63,663 bases of DNA, filler included, from 13 parts of 13 records of this genome joined end to end with filler, not necessarily neighbours in it, one strand, 5' to 3'. Positions 31,734-44,098 are shown, counted from the whole stretch's first letter. The notes: generated from the sequence alone by a model not told the origin. Translations and numbers: made by a program.

Positions 31734-33425
31734 ATGGACGTGGACGGGCTCATCGCGGAGTTTGATGATGGCAGCGGGAAGTTTGATGTGGTGGCTGTGA
31801 AGGCGATCGTGCAGAGAGCGCTGGCTGCGGATGCGGTGCTTGCGAAGCTGGATGCGCTGGGCTCGGCGTGCGAGAGGCTGGAAGGCATGGCGGTGCAGGC
31901 GGCGACAAACGCGGCGAAGCAGGTGAGGGTTCTTTGCTTTCTCGCGTGCATGGCCAGCCCGCCGGGTGTGTCTTTGCGGCGCAGTCCGCTCGCGTTAGTT
32001 GTGGTTCTGGAGTTGAGTACTGGAGTTGAGTACCGAGTGCGCGGTCATGGTTGCGTGTACACGCAGGCGAGCACGACTAACGAGACGGTCGAGCGGCTCG
32101 AGGGAATGACGATACAGAACTCCATGAATATGGCCAAGTTTGAGCAAAAGATTGACTCTCGAACGGAAGGCCTCGAAGGTATGATGATGGCAGCTGCGAT
32201 GACTGGCAGCAGGATGCAGAAAATGCTGGACGACCGCACGCAGTCCATGGAGTCGATGTTGATGGCGAGTGCACACGCGACGTCTAAGCAAGTGCAGCTT
32301 ATGCAGAGCATTGCACCCGCACCCGATGTTCCGCGGCTGACGTGGGGCGGTGATTTGGGCGGCTGGAGTGGATCAGATGGCGAGGAAGACGAAGATGAGG
32401 AGCCGCGAGAGCCAACGACCACGCTGGATGCCATCGTCACGAAAGTGGAGGACGCAGCAGCAACAGCTCGAGCCGGGGGAGATGACGGCAAACCGCTGAT
32501 CATCGGACTCGCTGGTATTCCGGGCGCAGGGAAATCGACCTTAGTAGCCGCGCTCGCTGAAGCTCTGAGAGGTAGCGCTGCATCGTTGGGCCCGGTCGCG
32601 GTAATGCCGATGGATGGCTTTCATCTTCCCCGGTCAGCGCTTGATCAGATGCCCGACCCAGCAACTGCACACGCACGCCGTGGTGCACCATTCACGTTCG
32701 ATCCAGCCGGATTTTGTTCTTGCCTCGGTAATGTCCGCGCAGCTCTTGCAGACGGAAAGGATGTTGCTGTGCCGACATTCGATCACGCAGTCGGGGACCC
32801 TGTTGAGGCAGGTTTGACAATAGCGGGGGCCACGCGGGTGGTTCTGGTGGAAGGCAATTACATGCTACTGGGGAGGCTGGGCCGAGCATTGGGCGATCCG
32901 GAATGGAAGGATTGGGAGCCCTTGGAGGATCTTCTTGATTTGAAGTGGTTCCTGTCATGCAGCGTAGACGTGGCAATGGAGCGCGTGGCAATGCGCAACA
33001 TGAGCAACCCAGGTTGGGAAGGCCTTAGCCTGGCGCAGGCGAGACAGCGCGTGGCAGACAATGATCGTATCAATGCCCTGCTTGTCGCACAGAGTGGCAA
33101 GCAAGCAGATTACATGTTTGAGATGCCGATTGAAGGAGGTGACAGTCCTTCAGCACAGGGCGACCAGGAGAAGCAGCGCCCTGCATCCAAGGCTGCACGG
33201 GACACTGGTCCCGCCCCTACTACCTCATCGCCAGAGGACGACGGCACTACCCAGATGCTGCAATTTCAGGCGCAAAAAATTGTGGCATTGACGCAAGAGA
33301 AGCATGCCTTGGAGGCAGAGGTACGGCGGCTGGGTAGCAAGCGGCCACGGCAGGTGACAACAGGAATCGTGCAGGCAACGTCTGGCGATCTCAGCGAAGG
33401 GACTCCGCCGCCCGACGACAAGTAA
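31734..33425 (+). CDS. P-loop kinase of the uridine/pantothenate kinase (YFH7/YggC-like) family with Met-rich coiled-coil N-terminus
   Basis: IGLAGIPGAGKST, MPMDGFH, RRGAPFTFD, PTFDHAVGDP, VLVEGNY. Probable in-frame intron 31923-32066. Confidence 0.85.
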   Translation: MDVDGLIAEFDDGSGKFDVVAVKAIVQRALAADAVLAKLDALGSACERLEGMAVQAATNAAKQVRVLCFLACMASPPGVSLRRSPLALVVVLELSTGVEYRVRGHGCVYTQASTTNETVERLEGMTIQNSMNMAKFEQKIDSRTEGLEGMMMAAAMTGSRMQKMLDDRTQSMESMLMASAHATSKQVQLMQSIAPAPDVPRLTWGGDLGGWSGSDGEEDEDEEPREPTTTLDAIVTKVEDAAATARAGGDDGKPLIIGLAGIPGAGKSTLVAALAEALRGSAASLGPVAVMPMDGFHLPRSALDQMPDPATAHARRGAPFTFDPAGFCSCLGNVRAALADGKDVAVPTFDHAVGDPVEAGLTIAGATRVVLVEGNYMLLGRLGRALGDPEWKDWEPLEDLLDLKWFLSCSVDVAMERVAMRNMSNPGWEGLSLAQARQRVADNDRINALLVAQSGKQADYMFEMPIEGGDSPSAQGDQEKQRPASKAARDTGPAPTTSSPEDDGTTQMLQFQAQKIVALTQEKHALEAEVRRLGSKRPRQVTTGIVQATSGDLSEGTPPPDDK

Positions 33426-33563
33426 GGTTGTTGGGAGTTCCTTGCTGCATGCCACGCAGCCGCTGATACATACATGAATACAGCTTAGCTGCAGGTGTGT
33501 GCTCAACCGGGTCTGGAGTAGCTGAATGAACTGGTTCATTGTCATCTGAGACCTGGAGGTGCT

Positions 33564-36082
33564 TCAAGGCCTACCAGCTCGTGGTGTGTTGCGCTGGTCC
33601 ACCGACATTTGCTTTTTAAGAACCGCCCGAGTCGCGACTGCTTCTGAAAAGTGGAAAAACTGCTGAACAGCCTCGTCAACGCGGGTGAGTTGGAACCGCC
33701 ATACAGGCTCCCAGTCAGTGTAGAATTGCGCGAAGGTTACCTCCCTTGCCTTCTCGACGTCGTAACTTCGGAAGCACTCAAGCGCCTCATGGTGTGGGAT
33801 GCCCCAGCTTAGCAATAGTGCAACCACTTCTTCCTGTTGCAGCACACCGTCGCCATCATCATCGAGAGCGTCAAAAATCATACGCGCGCGGTCCTTCTTG
33901 CTCTGACTGCCCGAGCCCGTGGTTCCAGAGCGCTGAACCGGCAGACCGGCTCCAGTAGTGTCACTGTCGACAACCGCTGCTGGGGTGAGTGTGGCAATGG
34001 CTTGCCCGGGCTCAACCTTGCTGCCAAGTTCAACATGCAGTGAAGTAACTGTCATGCTGCCATGCAGTGGAGCGTACAACGTCGTTTCTGTGCCCGTATG
34101 CAGGGTGACTTCTGAACTCTGTGCCAAGTTGTACAGGCCTTCTGTGTGCCCGCCCGCCAGGTCTTGCAATGCCGTCCGATAACGCTCGTTCAGTAGCATG
34201 TTCGAACGTTTCTCTACCAGCCATTCCTGCTGTTCCTCCAGCGGCTTGTACGGTAATCTAAGCAGTCCGACGATCGCCACCACAGTAATTACAGCGATGT
34301 TTGCCGCTGGCCCGAGGCAAATCGGCCCACAGATCAGCCCAGCAAACATGATCGACACCGAGTATCTGTGTTCAGTGAAAATTCCAAGCTGCTCGAAGAT
34401 GACGTGCATGGCTCGGCACCATACGTAGATGTGGTGCACGAAGAAAAGCTGCAGAAGCAGCCAGAGAGAAGTTGGACTGAGCGCCAGGCGTATGGCGCAA
34501 ACAGCCTTCCATAGCACTACAGCTGAATAAGCAGGGACCATTACTAGCTGCATGCCGAAGACCTGTGGTGTCTGGTACGCGGCCGTGACGATGTGCGCCA
34601 CCGAGCAGAAAACAAGGCCATAAACCAGCAGCAGAGAGCGTTGCTGCTCCTTCTCAGTGCATGTTGCGACCGGCAACGGCGAGCTTGTGTTGGCGTCTGT
34701 AGCCATCTCGCAGTATAGAATGAAGGCAAGCACAGAGAGACAAATCTCGGTCACACCTGCCCATATGTGGGTGTAGATCGATAGCCGCCGCATGAAGCGC
34801 ATCCTGAACTTAGGGTGCGGAGCTGAAGATAAGTGGTAGTATATCACGAAGACATCCCATATTACGGAGCAGAGCGCTAGTAAGAGGATTTGCGTCATGT
34901 CGTTCTCAAATAGTGCGTCGCGCTCCTTACGGAGCTGGCGGAAGTGCGGAGCAAGCTGCTCGTCTACATGTCGGACCCAGGCCACTGCCATGTCGAGACT
35001 TCTCACCGAGGTACCATTATTGTCGCCTTGGGCAGCGACGTAGCCTAACAGGTCTGCCAGCGAGGCCTCTTTGGACTCTGAGACTGTGGCTGAAATAACA
35101 ACACCGAGTCCCAGAAACAATCCCGCGCCCAGCAGGACGCCAACCCACGTGACCAGCATGCGAGGCGATGCCACCATGATCGGTTTGCCCTGCTCGTTCA
35201 CCTGTGGTCCTGGAACTTTAAAGAGCCCGCACCAACACGGAAGCCTGGCGATGGCCCGACAGCAGGAAGCAAGGCACCGAGCGGGTCGCGAGTACGCGCG
35301 CACAGAAGACAACCAGTGGCGGTCGTGTAGTTGCTCCGACATTCCTCTTTCAGCTGCTTCAAGCTGGCTTCCAATGTTCGCGCCGAGAGGGCCAAGCGTG
35401 CCTGCGCCCAGTAGCGTTGAAAGAAACATAGTGCCACCATCTCTGCTGTTGCTCGACAGCACTGCCAGTACAACTGACGCGCCGAAGATCGCTCCAACTA
35501 AAGCCCATACAAGACTACCCCAACCCGTAGCCCTTGCTTTCTGGTGCAGCATCTCTGTGGTCACTGAACGCCGCTTTTTAGCCGCGGCATCGTCGATACT
35601 GGATGCACGCAAAACCGCCTTGGAGACCCATGCTATCTCTGTCCCCCCGCCGTGGGCCCAGACGAAGAACACCGATGCAAACAGCACAGCGCCGGTTACT
35701 GTGTTGGCCGGGTTGTCTTCCAGGTGTGTCTTGGCCCGATCTAGAAAGGTGCCGTTGATTATCTCCGATTCCGACTGGCCGTCGGATGTAGCTGTCTCGT
35801 TCGCATCCGAGCCGAACGTCTTCGTGCCCCACACTATCGACGCGAGCCCGAATGGAATCAGCACCCCGACCAGGATGCCAGCAAGAAATGTCAGCACACG
35901 GCGTTTGGCCCAAGTTGTCACACAGCCTGTTGGCAACACCTCCTCGGGAACATTAGCCTGTGACTGCGCCGCCGATGGTGCCGATGGTGCAGATGCACCA
36001 TCGGCACCATGCCGATGCTGTGGTTGTTGCTGCCACTGTGCCGACGCCGGCTGCTGCTGCTGCGGCTGCTGCTGCGGCTGCT
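33564..36082 (-). CDS. Multi-pass membrane protein with His-containing TM core, partial biotinyl/lipoyl-like module and C-terminal EF-hand pair; 5'-partial
   Basis: More than 10 hydrophobic segments. HPKF..THIWAG..AHIV..HHIY. EF loop DDDGDGVLQQEE. The frame is open to the contig end through a QP repeat. Confidence 0.75.
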
Positions 36083-36182
36083 NNNNNNNNNNNNNNNNNN
36101 NNNNNNNNNNNNNNNNNNNNNNNNNNTTAATTAATTAANNNNNNNNNNNNNNNNNNNNNNNNNNNNNNNNNNNNNNNNNNNN

Positions 36183-38854
36183 GCGCCTCTCGCAAGTTGT
36201 CCGGCTTTGCACCCGCCGTTCCGATATCAACATACCCGTAGGTCCGCAGCAGATCCTGTATTACGAATAGCCCATACAAGCAGAACATACAGTAGCCGAG
36301 CGTCTTCGTCATTTTCCAGCCGCTGCAATGGATGCTTGTGATAACCACGAATATCATCATCAACAGGAGGAGGAGCGAGAAGAAGAGCGTTGGTGCCTCT
36401 ACTCCTACGTACCCCGGGGTGACGTCGTTGACAAGTGCATAGATGAGCCACGGCAACGGCAGCCCGACGAGAACATCGAAAATGTTGGACCCGATTGAGG
36501 ATGACACAGCCATGTCACCATGGCCTTGTCTCGCAACGACTACACTCGTGAGCAGGTCGGGCACGCTGGTGCCAGCTGCCAAAAATGTTAGTCCCATGAC
36601 TGCATCCGGAATCCCAGCAACGCAACCGATCTTCGTTGCCCAGTCTACCATGAAGGCACTGAAAATGCCCACCCAAGCAATCGCCAGCACGAACGAGGCC
36701 GGGTACCAATCTTCCCAGTTGATACCACCGGGGGGATGAAATAGTTGGTCCGGGCCCACGCCTTCAGGAACCACACACCTGACTGGAGTACCACGCAGAT
36801 GTTTTGGGCGCTCCACTTGTGCATCGACTGTATCGCCACCCTTTTTGTCGCTGGGGCAGCGCACTTGTGCGGGCAGTCGCCGCACATCAGGGATCGTGCA
36901 CATCATGGCCAAGTTTATCGGGGCCATACACACCCAGAGGACTGTGGCCAAAGGATATTTGCCTGGCTGGGCCGGGGGGCTGATGGAAAACGGCGGGTTG
37001 TCAACCACTTCTGCTTGTAGCTCAACCCACGCAGTGAAGTATTCAGAGCTGTTGTACCAGTCGAGGAACTCGTTCAGCGAGATTCTCCCGTCATGATTTC
37101 CTGAGTCGTCAATCGCTGCCATTTCCTGCCACAAATCATCAACGTCCGAGTCCGAGGGAACTTTTCCCTTTCCGGATTTAAGAAGCTGTGTGACCTCATT
37201 TTTGTCCAGGTACCCACTGAGATCAGCGTCAATTTCGTTGAACTTTTCAATCACCTGTTCTCGGATTCGCTCCGCACTTTCGCCGTACCATTCCCTAAAT
37301 TCAATCAGTGAAATCTTGTCCGGCAAATGGTTGTCCCAGTTCTTCACCTTTTTTTTAACCTCTATGAATACATCCTCGACTTCAGCAAGAGTTATTTCCC
37401 TTGAGTCACCAGCTTGCTGCCGTAGCTGAGAGATTACCTCTTTGATTTCCTCAGCGTCGAGGTAGCCGTTCGAGTCTTTGTCAACCTCCTGAAATGTTTG
37501 GTCCACGTTGCCCGGGACGTGCGAGACTAAATGCAACTCTGCTTGCTCGGCAACGGTACGATCTTCCATCAACATTGACCACAAACCTGCACGGTACGCC
37601 GAGGTGTGGTACAGGGAGTCATTGCCCGTGATATCGGCATTTCGGTGGAGAGTATGAGCTTTGACCTCTGTCTCCATCGCATCGGACTCCCGCGTCGGGT
37701 TGGCTGTCTCTTCTACCGTCGGTACTTTTTTCCTCATTGCTATCGCGTCCAGTTTCTCGGCTAGTGTTCGGTTGAACGCCATGATGAGAATATATCCGAA
37801 GTACCTGTTGCGTTGCGTCGGTACAGTACTGGGCTAAGAAGCTGGCTGCAACGCAGACAAAGGGAAAACGATGCGGGGCAACGCACATTAAAAAAAGTAT
37901 GGCTGCTTCCCAAGTATGTATGGCAGCGCAATCTTGTGGCTTGGCTCGGTCTTCATCGTCCTTCCAATAGCAAAAGTTACCAAACTTCACCCATGCGTCA
38001 CTTTCGCTTGTAGGTTTCATCTCGACTCTACCGAAGAAGAGTGCTAGCGCCAACAGGGATAAGCAATAGTACGAGCAATCTCGAGCCAGCGGCCACCACG
38101 TCAGGTGAAGATCTTCCTGCGGCGCGACACGCAAGAACGCTCGGATCACGCGCAAGGTGATCAGCAGGGTGATGCACACTCAAGCAAAAGGGGCTCACCT
38201 CCGACGCGACTGCGCAAGTGCCGATGACGAACAGCACGTTGAAAACGGCAGATCCTACAATGGTCCCGAAACCTACTGCGCTTTGCTCAAATGTTCCGAT
38301 GAAGGAGGTAAATAGCTCAGGTGCAGAGCCGCCTGCAGCCATCAGTGTCGCGCCGGCGATGTCTGGATCAATTTCCCACCGTTTTACGATGACCTCAAGG
38401 GCTGTGAGCAAGAACAACAACACGCCGCCAGCATTTCAGGACTGGGCGCAGTAGCTCAGAAGTACGTGAGTACCTTACCTGGGACGAAGAACTCATCGCA
38501 CACGACGGACAGCGACAGAAACATCATCAGCACGCCAAACACGTACAGGCCAATCACAGGGCCCTTCAGTGTGACCCAGGAGATCATGTTCTCGCCGTCG
38601 CAGTCTGCCGCTCTGTAGTCAATCTCACACTGCTCGAGACCGGACTCTTCCCGAATCGCTTGCAAGCACGCTGATACCGTCTCATTTGTCGTGTTTGTCC
38701 CGCCAGTTTGCAGCTGCCGATACGCTGGCTCGATAGCGGAAGCAGGGCTGCCCTCAGACGTCGTCACAGCTAATGCATCGCACGTGTGGTGTAGCTGGGG
38801 GAGGAGGAATAGTACGAAGACCCACGCGCGGGGTCCGCATTCGCTGGGCCTCAT
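36183..38854 (-). CDS. K+-dependent Na+/Ca2+ exchanger (NCKX/SLC24-like) with EF-hands in the cytosolic loop; 3'-partial
   Basis: Alpha-1 [17 protein letters not shown] and [10 protein letters not shown]. Alpha-2 [13 protein letters not shown] and [12 protein letters not shown]. Introns 38478-38402, 38198-38117 and about 37886-37805. Confidence 0.93.
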
Positions 38855-39039
38855 GTCCCCGTGGCAAGCAACAGTGACCTCACACAGCTCCGCCAGGCTG
38901 GCCGGGCTCGGGCCTGGGCCCCGCCCCGGCACCACCAAGGGCAGGCTTCTGGGTGAGCCGGTGCCCCAATGAGTGGAGAAGCGTGTCCGTGTCACAGCTC
39001 ACAGTCACACTTCACTCTCGTCCCCACGGGCACTGCCAC

Positions 39040-39375
39040 TGGTACGTACTCTTTGTACAGTACTACTATTACATACTATCATAGTAGTAGTACTAGAGTG
39101 TACTAGATAGTTCATAGTACTTGTGAACTATAGTAGGGATGTACCTTGTACGGACTGTGAACTATAGTAGGGATGAACTATAGTACAGTACGGATGTACG
39201 GCTCTAGCTAGTACTAGCTAGTGGTACTAGACTAGAGTAGTCTAGCTACTACTCTGCTACTGTACCTACCAATACCTGTAGTAGACTACCGTACCACTAC
39301 CAGTACTGTGCAGTACATTTACTAGATCTAGTACTAGTACAGTACAGCACGTAGCTATTGTAGGATCCTACTGTG
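39040..39375. promoter_or_regulatory. TA-rich palindrome-dense upstream region with direct repeat GTGAACTATAGTAGGGATG (x2)
   Basis: Dense TAGTA/GTAC/CTAG. TACTAGATCTAGTA at 39320-39333 and GTAGGATCCTAC at 39360-39371. Lies upstream of NCKX. A regulatory role is inferred only. Confidence 0.4.
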
Positions 39376-40523
39376 TGTTTCTTGTAATCTAAGACTTCTG
39401 GACGGGGCGAGCCGNNNNNNNNNNNNNNNNNNNNNNNNNNNNNNNNNNNNNNNNNNNNTTAATTAATTAANNNNNNNNNNNNNNNNNNNNNNNNNNNNNN
39501 NNNNNNNNNNNNNNAATGTGGCCGAGTGCGTAATTTGCGTCGTTGCTTGCAGGCAGACGCACGGCTGTGGCCACCGCTCGCTGTACGGTACGCTGTCGCA
39601 CACTCGCGAGCGGCACGGGCGGCGGCGGCCAGTTGCGTGAGAAATTCGGTGAGAATTCAGTGGTACAGATTGGTACATATTCATGATGATTGTTCGAAAT
39701 TTGGATTACTAGTGAGTACGAATATGCTCATGCTTGTGAATCCATCGAAATGTGCATTTCTCCATTTTCCAGGCTGTCAAATACAGCTGTCTATCTATTG
39801 CGAGCGGAAACTGCTGCAATCCCACTTTGAAAAAAAAGTTGCAACTTGCCATTCCCATCCTGGCCTGGTCGAAGGCAGACTCAACTTGGTCTCACTCTCA
39901 AATGTCTCGAAATGGCCACACATTCAAGCACGTTCGGAGAAAAAGTTTCCTTGTACCGGTACTGCATTGACGCGCCGGAGTGCATTAAAAACAGTAAAGC
40001 AAATCACACCATCGGGACAGCACGGTTGGCCGAACTACGAGCGCACACGTAGGCTGCTGCGCTAGGCATACTTAGGCCTAATGCCCGGGCATACAGGACT
40101 GAGCAGTTGCTGTTCTCGCATCACTTCTCTTGGATGCATCCGATGGCGTTCTCCAATGGACAACGGTACCAGTTGCTGACTACATTTCGGCAGTTGTGTC
40201 TCAGAGTGATTGCGTGCCTGGTTGTTACGGTATAATACCGGTAGTGGGAGGCTATTGCAACCTCCCACATGGCGATACAGACGTTTGGTGTGGTAGCGCG
40301 CACGCGCTCGAAGAAGCGCGTCAGATGGCGCTGGGCTGGGACACACTGGAGGGGATAGCGTCTGAGCCACACTTCTCGGCCGCGGTGGGACGCTTTGTGC
40401 AGCAAAGCGTGGACGCGGTGTCCTTTTCGACCGCCATTCGGCCGAAGCATCATTGGTACATCAAAACATTTCCACTCAATTACGACCACACTGCGCGTGA
40501 TTTTTCACAGACTGCGTCTCTGA

Positions 40524-42150
40524 CTACTCTTGTGCAATCGGCTGTACAAACGTGAACGTATGGTCGCCGCAAAAGTGATCTGCAGGGTTGGGGCAATGGT
40601 TGGAAGCAATGCAACCGTTGGCAGCTCCTGATCGGGAGATGCCGTTGATGAGATGGGTCGGATTGCCTGCCTTGTCGAGGATAAGCTTCGGTCTAGAACA
40701 CATTGGCAAGACGGGTAGCGTCACCGCGCAGATTTAGGTTCGGTGCACCTCGAGCAATGGTACGTGCGTGGCAGAAGGTACTGGACCATTACTGTCGGCG
40801 TGAATGGAAACGAAACGGTATGGGTGAATCGTTGAAACTTTCAACGATGGGAATGCAACCATGGGAGGAACAACACAGCACCCACCGCTCGCGCCGGTTG
40901 AGGGTCCATTGAGTGCCATCTTTCAGCTTCACGACGTTGCCGTATGCGTTCATCGCATGGAACTTCCAGGTCCTTCCGTCTGCAGAATAGCCATGACCTC
41001 CAGCAGCACCATGCGCCGTGCTTCCCTGTTGGCAGTCGGAGTGGAAGAGCGCGTGCCAGCCACGCTTGTTCTTATACCTGGCACGCGAACCGCATCAGGA
41101 TTCGAGGGGACTAGACTGGACAGGAGATGGCCGGAGCGCACAGGAAGCCGTCTTCGATGTGGCAAAAAGAAAAGTCGGGAAAGAGATTCTCAGTGTGCCA
41201 CGTGTAAGGCCCCGACCACTTTGGTGCGCTCGCGGCAGCATAGTACTGTGTCTCGGAACCATGCATTGCACTAGCACGTCAGCGGAAGCTGCAGCGAGAA
41301 TCGTTGTTTTGCAGTGACACGGTTCACAACACATGATTGTATCTGAACGCACCGATTGGCCGGAGCCTTTGGTATAGTTAATAGAGCGCCAAAGCATTGT
41401 AACCGACCCGTCAGCATTGATGAACGGCGCGGGATTCTGGTCATTACCATTGCCAGGATAAGCACCGTGTGGCTCGCATCCAGGGACATCTTTGCAAGCC
41501 CCAATCACTGCATCTGTCCAGGGACCGTCGGGAGAACTGGCTTTCAGCACGGAGGCTGGGCCGTAGAAGCCCAGGCCGGAAAGCCACGGGTGTTCGGGAC
41601 CAGTGCAGCCTCGCGAGCAGTTGGTGGTCCACCGGCAGGTGTTTGCAGCAGGATCGGGGCAGTGAGTTGTATTGTTGGTCCCAGCACCGACGTGATACAC
41701 AAGCCACTCACCGTCCACTCCGCGCACAATATCTGGAGAATGGGCAAAATGTGGGAGGATGATTTGCTGCAGCGTGTACGGGCCCGCCGGTGTGCTGCTT
41801 GTGGCATGCCCAATTTGGGAGTTTGGACGCCACGCGTTGAGCCCACACCCATGCGCCATGACAGCCACGTACATGTGCCATGTTCCCGCCGCATCGCTCT
41901 CCACGGAGCCTCCCCATGAGGAGAAGTTTCCCACGGCCTGCAGCCCCGCATGCGGATCGGCGGGGAGGAGCTTAAGCAGCTGGCAGTCGTCGCCTTCCCA
42001 CTGTGGATCACATCTGCACTTGCCGTCCACGAGCTCCCCGTTCAGCGAGCAGTGCAGCTGGGTGACGCCCTCAGCAGCATCTAGTTCCACACCTGTCACG
42101 CCGATCACGAGCAACTGAACCAGAAGTATCGGGAAGAGCGCCAAGCGCAT
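40524..42150 (-). CDS. Secreted five-bladed beta-propeller glycoside-hydrolase-like protein (GH43/32/68-type fold) with N-terminal EGF-like motif (4 exons)
   Basis: Signal peptide, CSLNG..CRCDPQWEGDDC, SSWGGSV, HATSSTPAGPY, HIEDGFL, GGHGYSADGRTW, and RRER|PKL after splicing. Confidence 0.75.
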
Positions 42151-42632
42151 GTGTACTCTTGCGGTCTTGACGTTCAGACAGTCGAATAAGAGCTACACGT
42201 GTACGGCGCGGCTAGTATACGTATGTCGTGCGCCACGATCCGCATGCCCGCGCGGGCCTCAGCGCACGCGCAGTACCGTCCGTAGCTAAGCTGCTCAGAT
42301 CGCCGAGATCTGCGTACTAGTATGAGACGCGCGCGATCGACGCACGCATTCCTAAAGTCCGTGAGTGGTGAACCCCCGTAATCAAGTTGTAATTCTGCAT
42401 TCTGGGCAGTTCAGGAGCGATCGATCGCTCCTCACACGCTCACATGTAGTCGATCGCGCTCCTCACGTCCGTAACACATTTTAAAACAAACATGCACAAT
42501 TTTGCACATGCGCATTCTGCGACGAGTGAGAGCGAGGCCGCCGCGGGGCTTGTAGCGGCGGCCGGCGCCGGATCGGGCGGCCGCCCGGTGGCGGTGCAGA
42601 GCTAGAGATCTATATCGACCGCGCACGCGGCG

Positions 42633-43621
42633 ATGATCTTGTTGGCCGCAGCGCTCGTGACGACAGTGGTAGCTGTGGCTGCGCCGGCTGCGCCTATCCA
42701 GCTGCCGCCCGTCACAGTCGCACCGGGTGTTGCGATGCCTGCGGTGAGCTGTGGGCATCCTGATGTTACGACAGGGGTGAACTGCACGCATGGAAAAGGT
42801 CCGGGCTGCGCGACGGTCGCTGGCGAAATGGCCTCGATGTGGCTGAAGCTAGGAGGCCGAGGGCTTGATACAGCAGCTAGCTACGAGTGAGTCCTCTTCT
42901 GTGGACCTGCATGTGCATTTGGTGATCAAGATGCTGCCAAGCGCGCAACTCACGGTTCGACCTGTCTGCGCTGTGTGCAGCAATCAACCGCAGGTTGGCA
43001 ACGCGGTCAGAAATGCGGTCGCCGCCGGGATGAACAGGAGCGATATCTTTGTTACGACCAAGATAGCACCGGCAGGGCGCGATGGCACAGGTAGTTGCAC
43101 AGCCACGGCGACAGTAGCTGCCATAAAGGCGGATGTGACGGCGCTCGACGTTGGCCCGCTGGACCTGGTGTTGCTCCACTTCCCGTGCAGCACGAACGCT
43201 GGGAACCAGGCTGTGTGGCAAGGTCTCGTCGATGCGAAGAAGCTGGGGCTCACCCGTTCGATCGGTGTAAGCCACTTTACACAGGCACAGCTGGACAGCA
43301 TCATATCGCTAGGCAAGGGTGTGCCGTCAGTCAATCAGTGTGCACTTTCAATCGGAAATCATGACGACGCGACGATAAAGTATTGCAAAGCAAAAGGAAT
43401 CACGTACGAAGGCTTTTCCGTGCTGAAAAACGTTGACCTCAAAGACAAGCGGCTTGCGGTACGCGCCAAGATTCGCACAAGAGTGTATGTTTTGTTGAGA
43501 GCATGATTCTTTTTGCTGCCTTGTATGAGCCAACTTCAGCTCATTGATGCTTTCGCATGGATGCCGACACATAGACGATTGCGGCTTCTCACCGAGTGTC
43601 AGCAGCACAGGTCGCGCTGCG
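42633..43621 (+). CDS. Aldo-keto reductase with N-terminal signal-peptide-like sequence; 3'-partial
   Basis: Catalytic tetrad DTAASY (D,Y), DIFVTTKI (K), LDLVLLHFP (H). RSIGVSHF and PSVNQ. Third exon TIAASHRVSAAQVALR, then an intron running into the contig end. Confidence 0.85.
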
Positions 43622-43832
43622 GTTTGCGACTCAACTTGGTGGCGGCTCTGTAGCTGTTAGCCCGGGCTTGGACGAGGGGTATGCAGTCGAAGACCTTGGG
43701 CTCGGTGGATTTATACTCACCTCGACAGAGATGGCGACACTCGCAGCGATTTAGACATGCTAGTACGGCGAGCGATTCAGGGCGTGCACAGTTCCACGAA
43801 CACACGATGATCATTTTCTACACATTGTTTAT

Positions 43833-43903
43833 CCATGAGCCATGAGCCATGAGCCATGAGCCATGGTCCATGGTCCATGATCCATGATCCATGATCCATG
43901 ATC
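43833..43903. repeat. 7-mer minisatellite (CCATGAG)4(CCATGGT)2(CCATGAT)4
   Basis: Read directly. It terminates the contig and probably lies inside the AKR intron. Confidence 0.95.
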
Positions 43904-44098
43904 NNNNNNNNNNNNNNNNNNNNNNNNNNNNNNNNNNNNNNNNNNNNTTAATTAATTAANNNNNNNNNNNNNNNNNNNNNNNNNNNNNNNNNNNNNNNNN
44001 NNNCCCCCCCCCCCCCCCCCCCCCCCCCGCGCGAGAGTTTGCGTACGTGTTGTATCGCCTAACATCGTGGATACGTGGCCACTGAAGGAACGCCGCCT

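Noticed and set aside
39526-40555. ORFs 39526-40065 and 40130-40555 as a gene
   Set aside because: I could not build a convincing spliced model or recognise a family, so it is left uncalled.
43833-44028. 7-mer array and poly-C as a telomere or CRISPR array
   Set aside because: The unit drifts in sequence, there are no spacers, it is not a known telomeric motif, and the two tracts are on different contigs.
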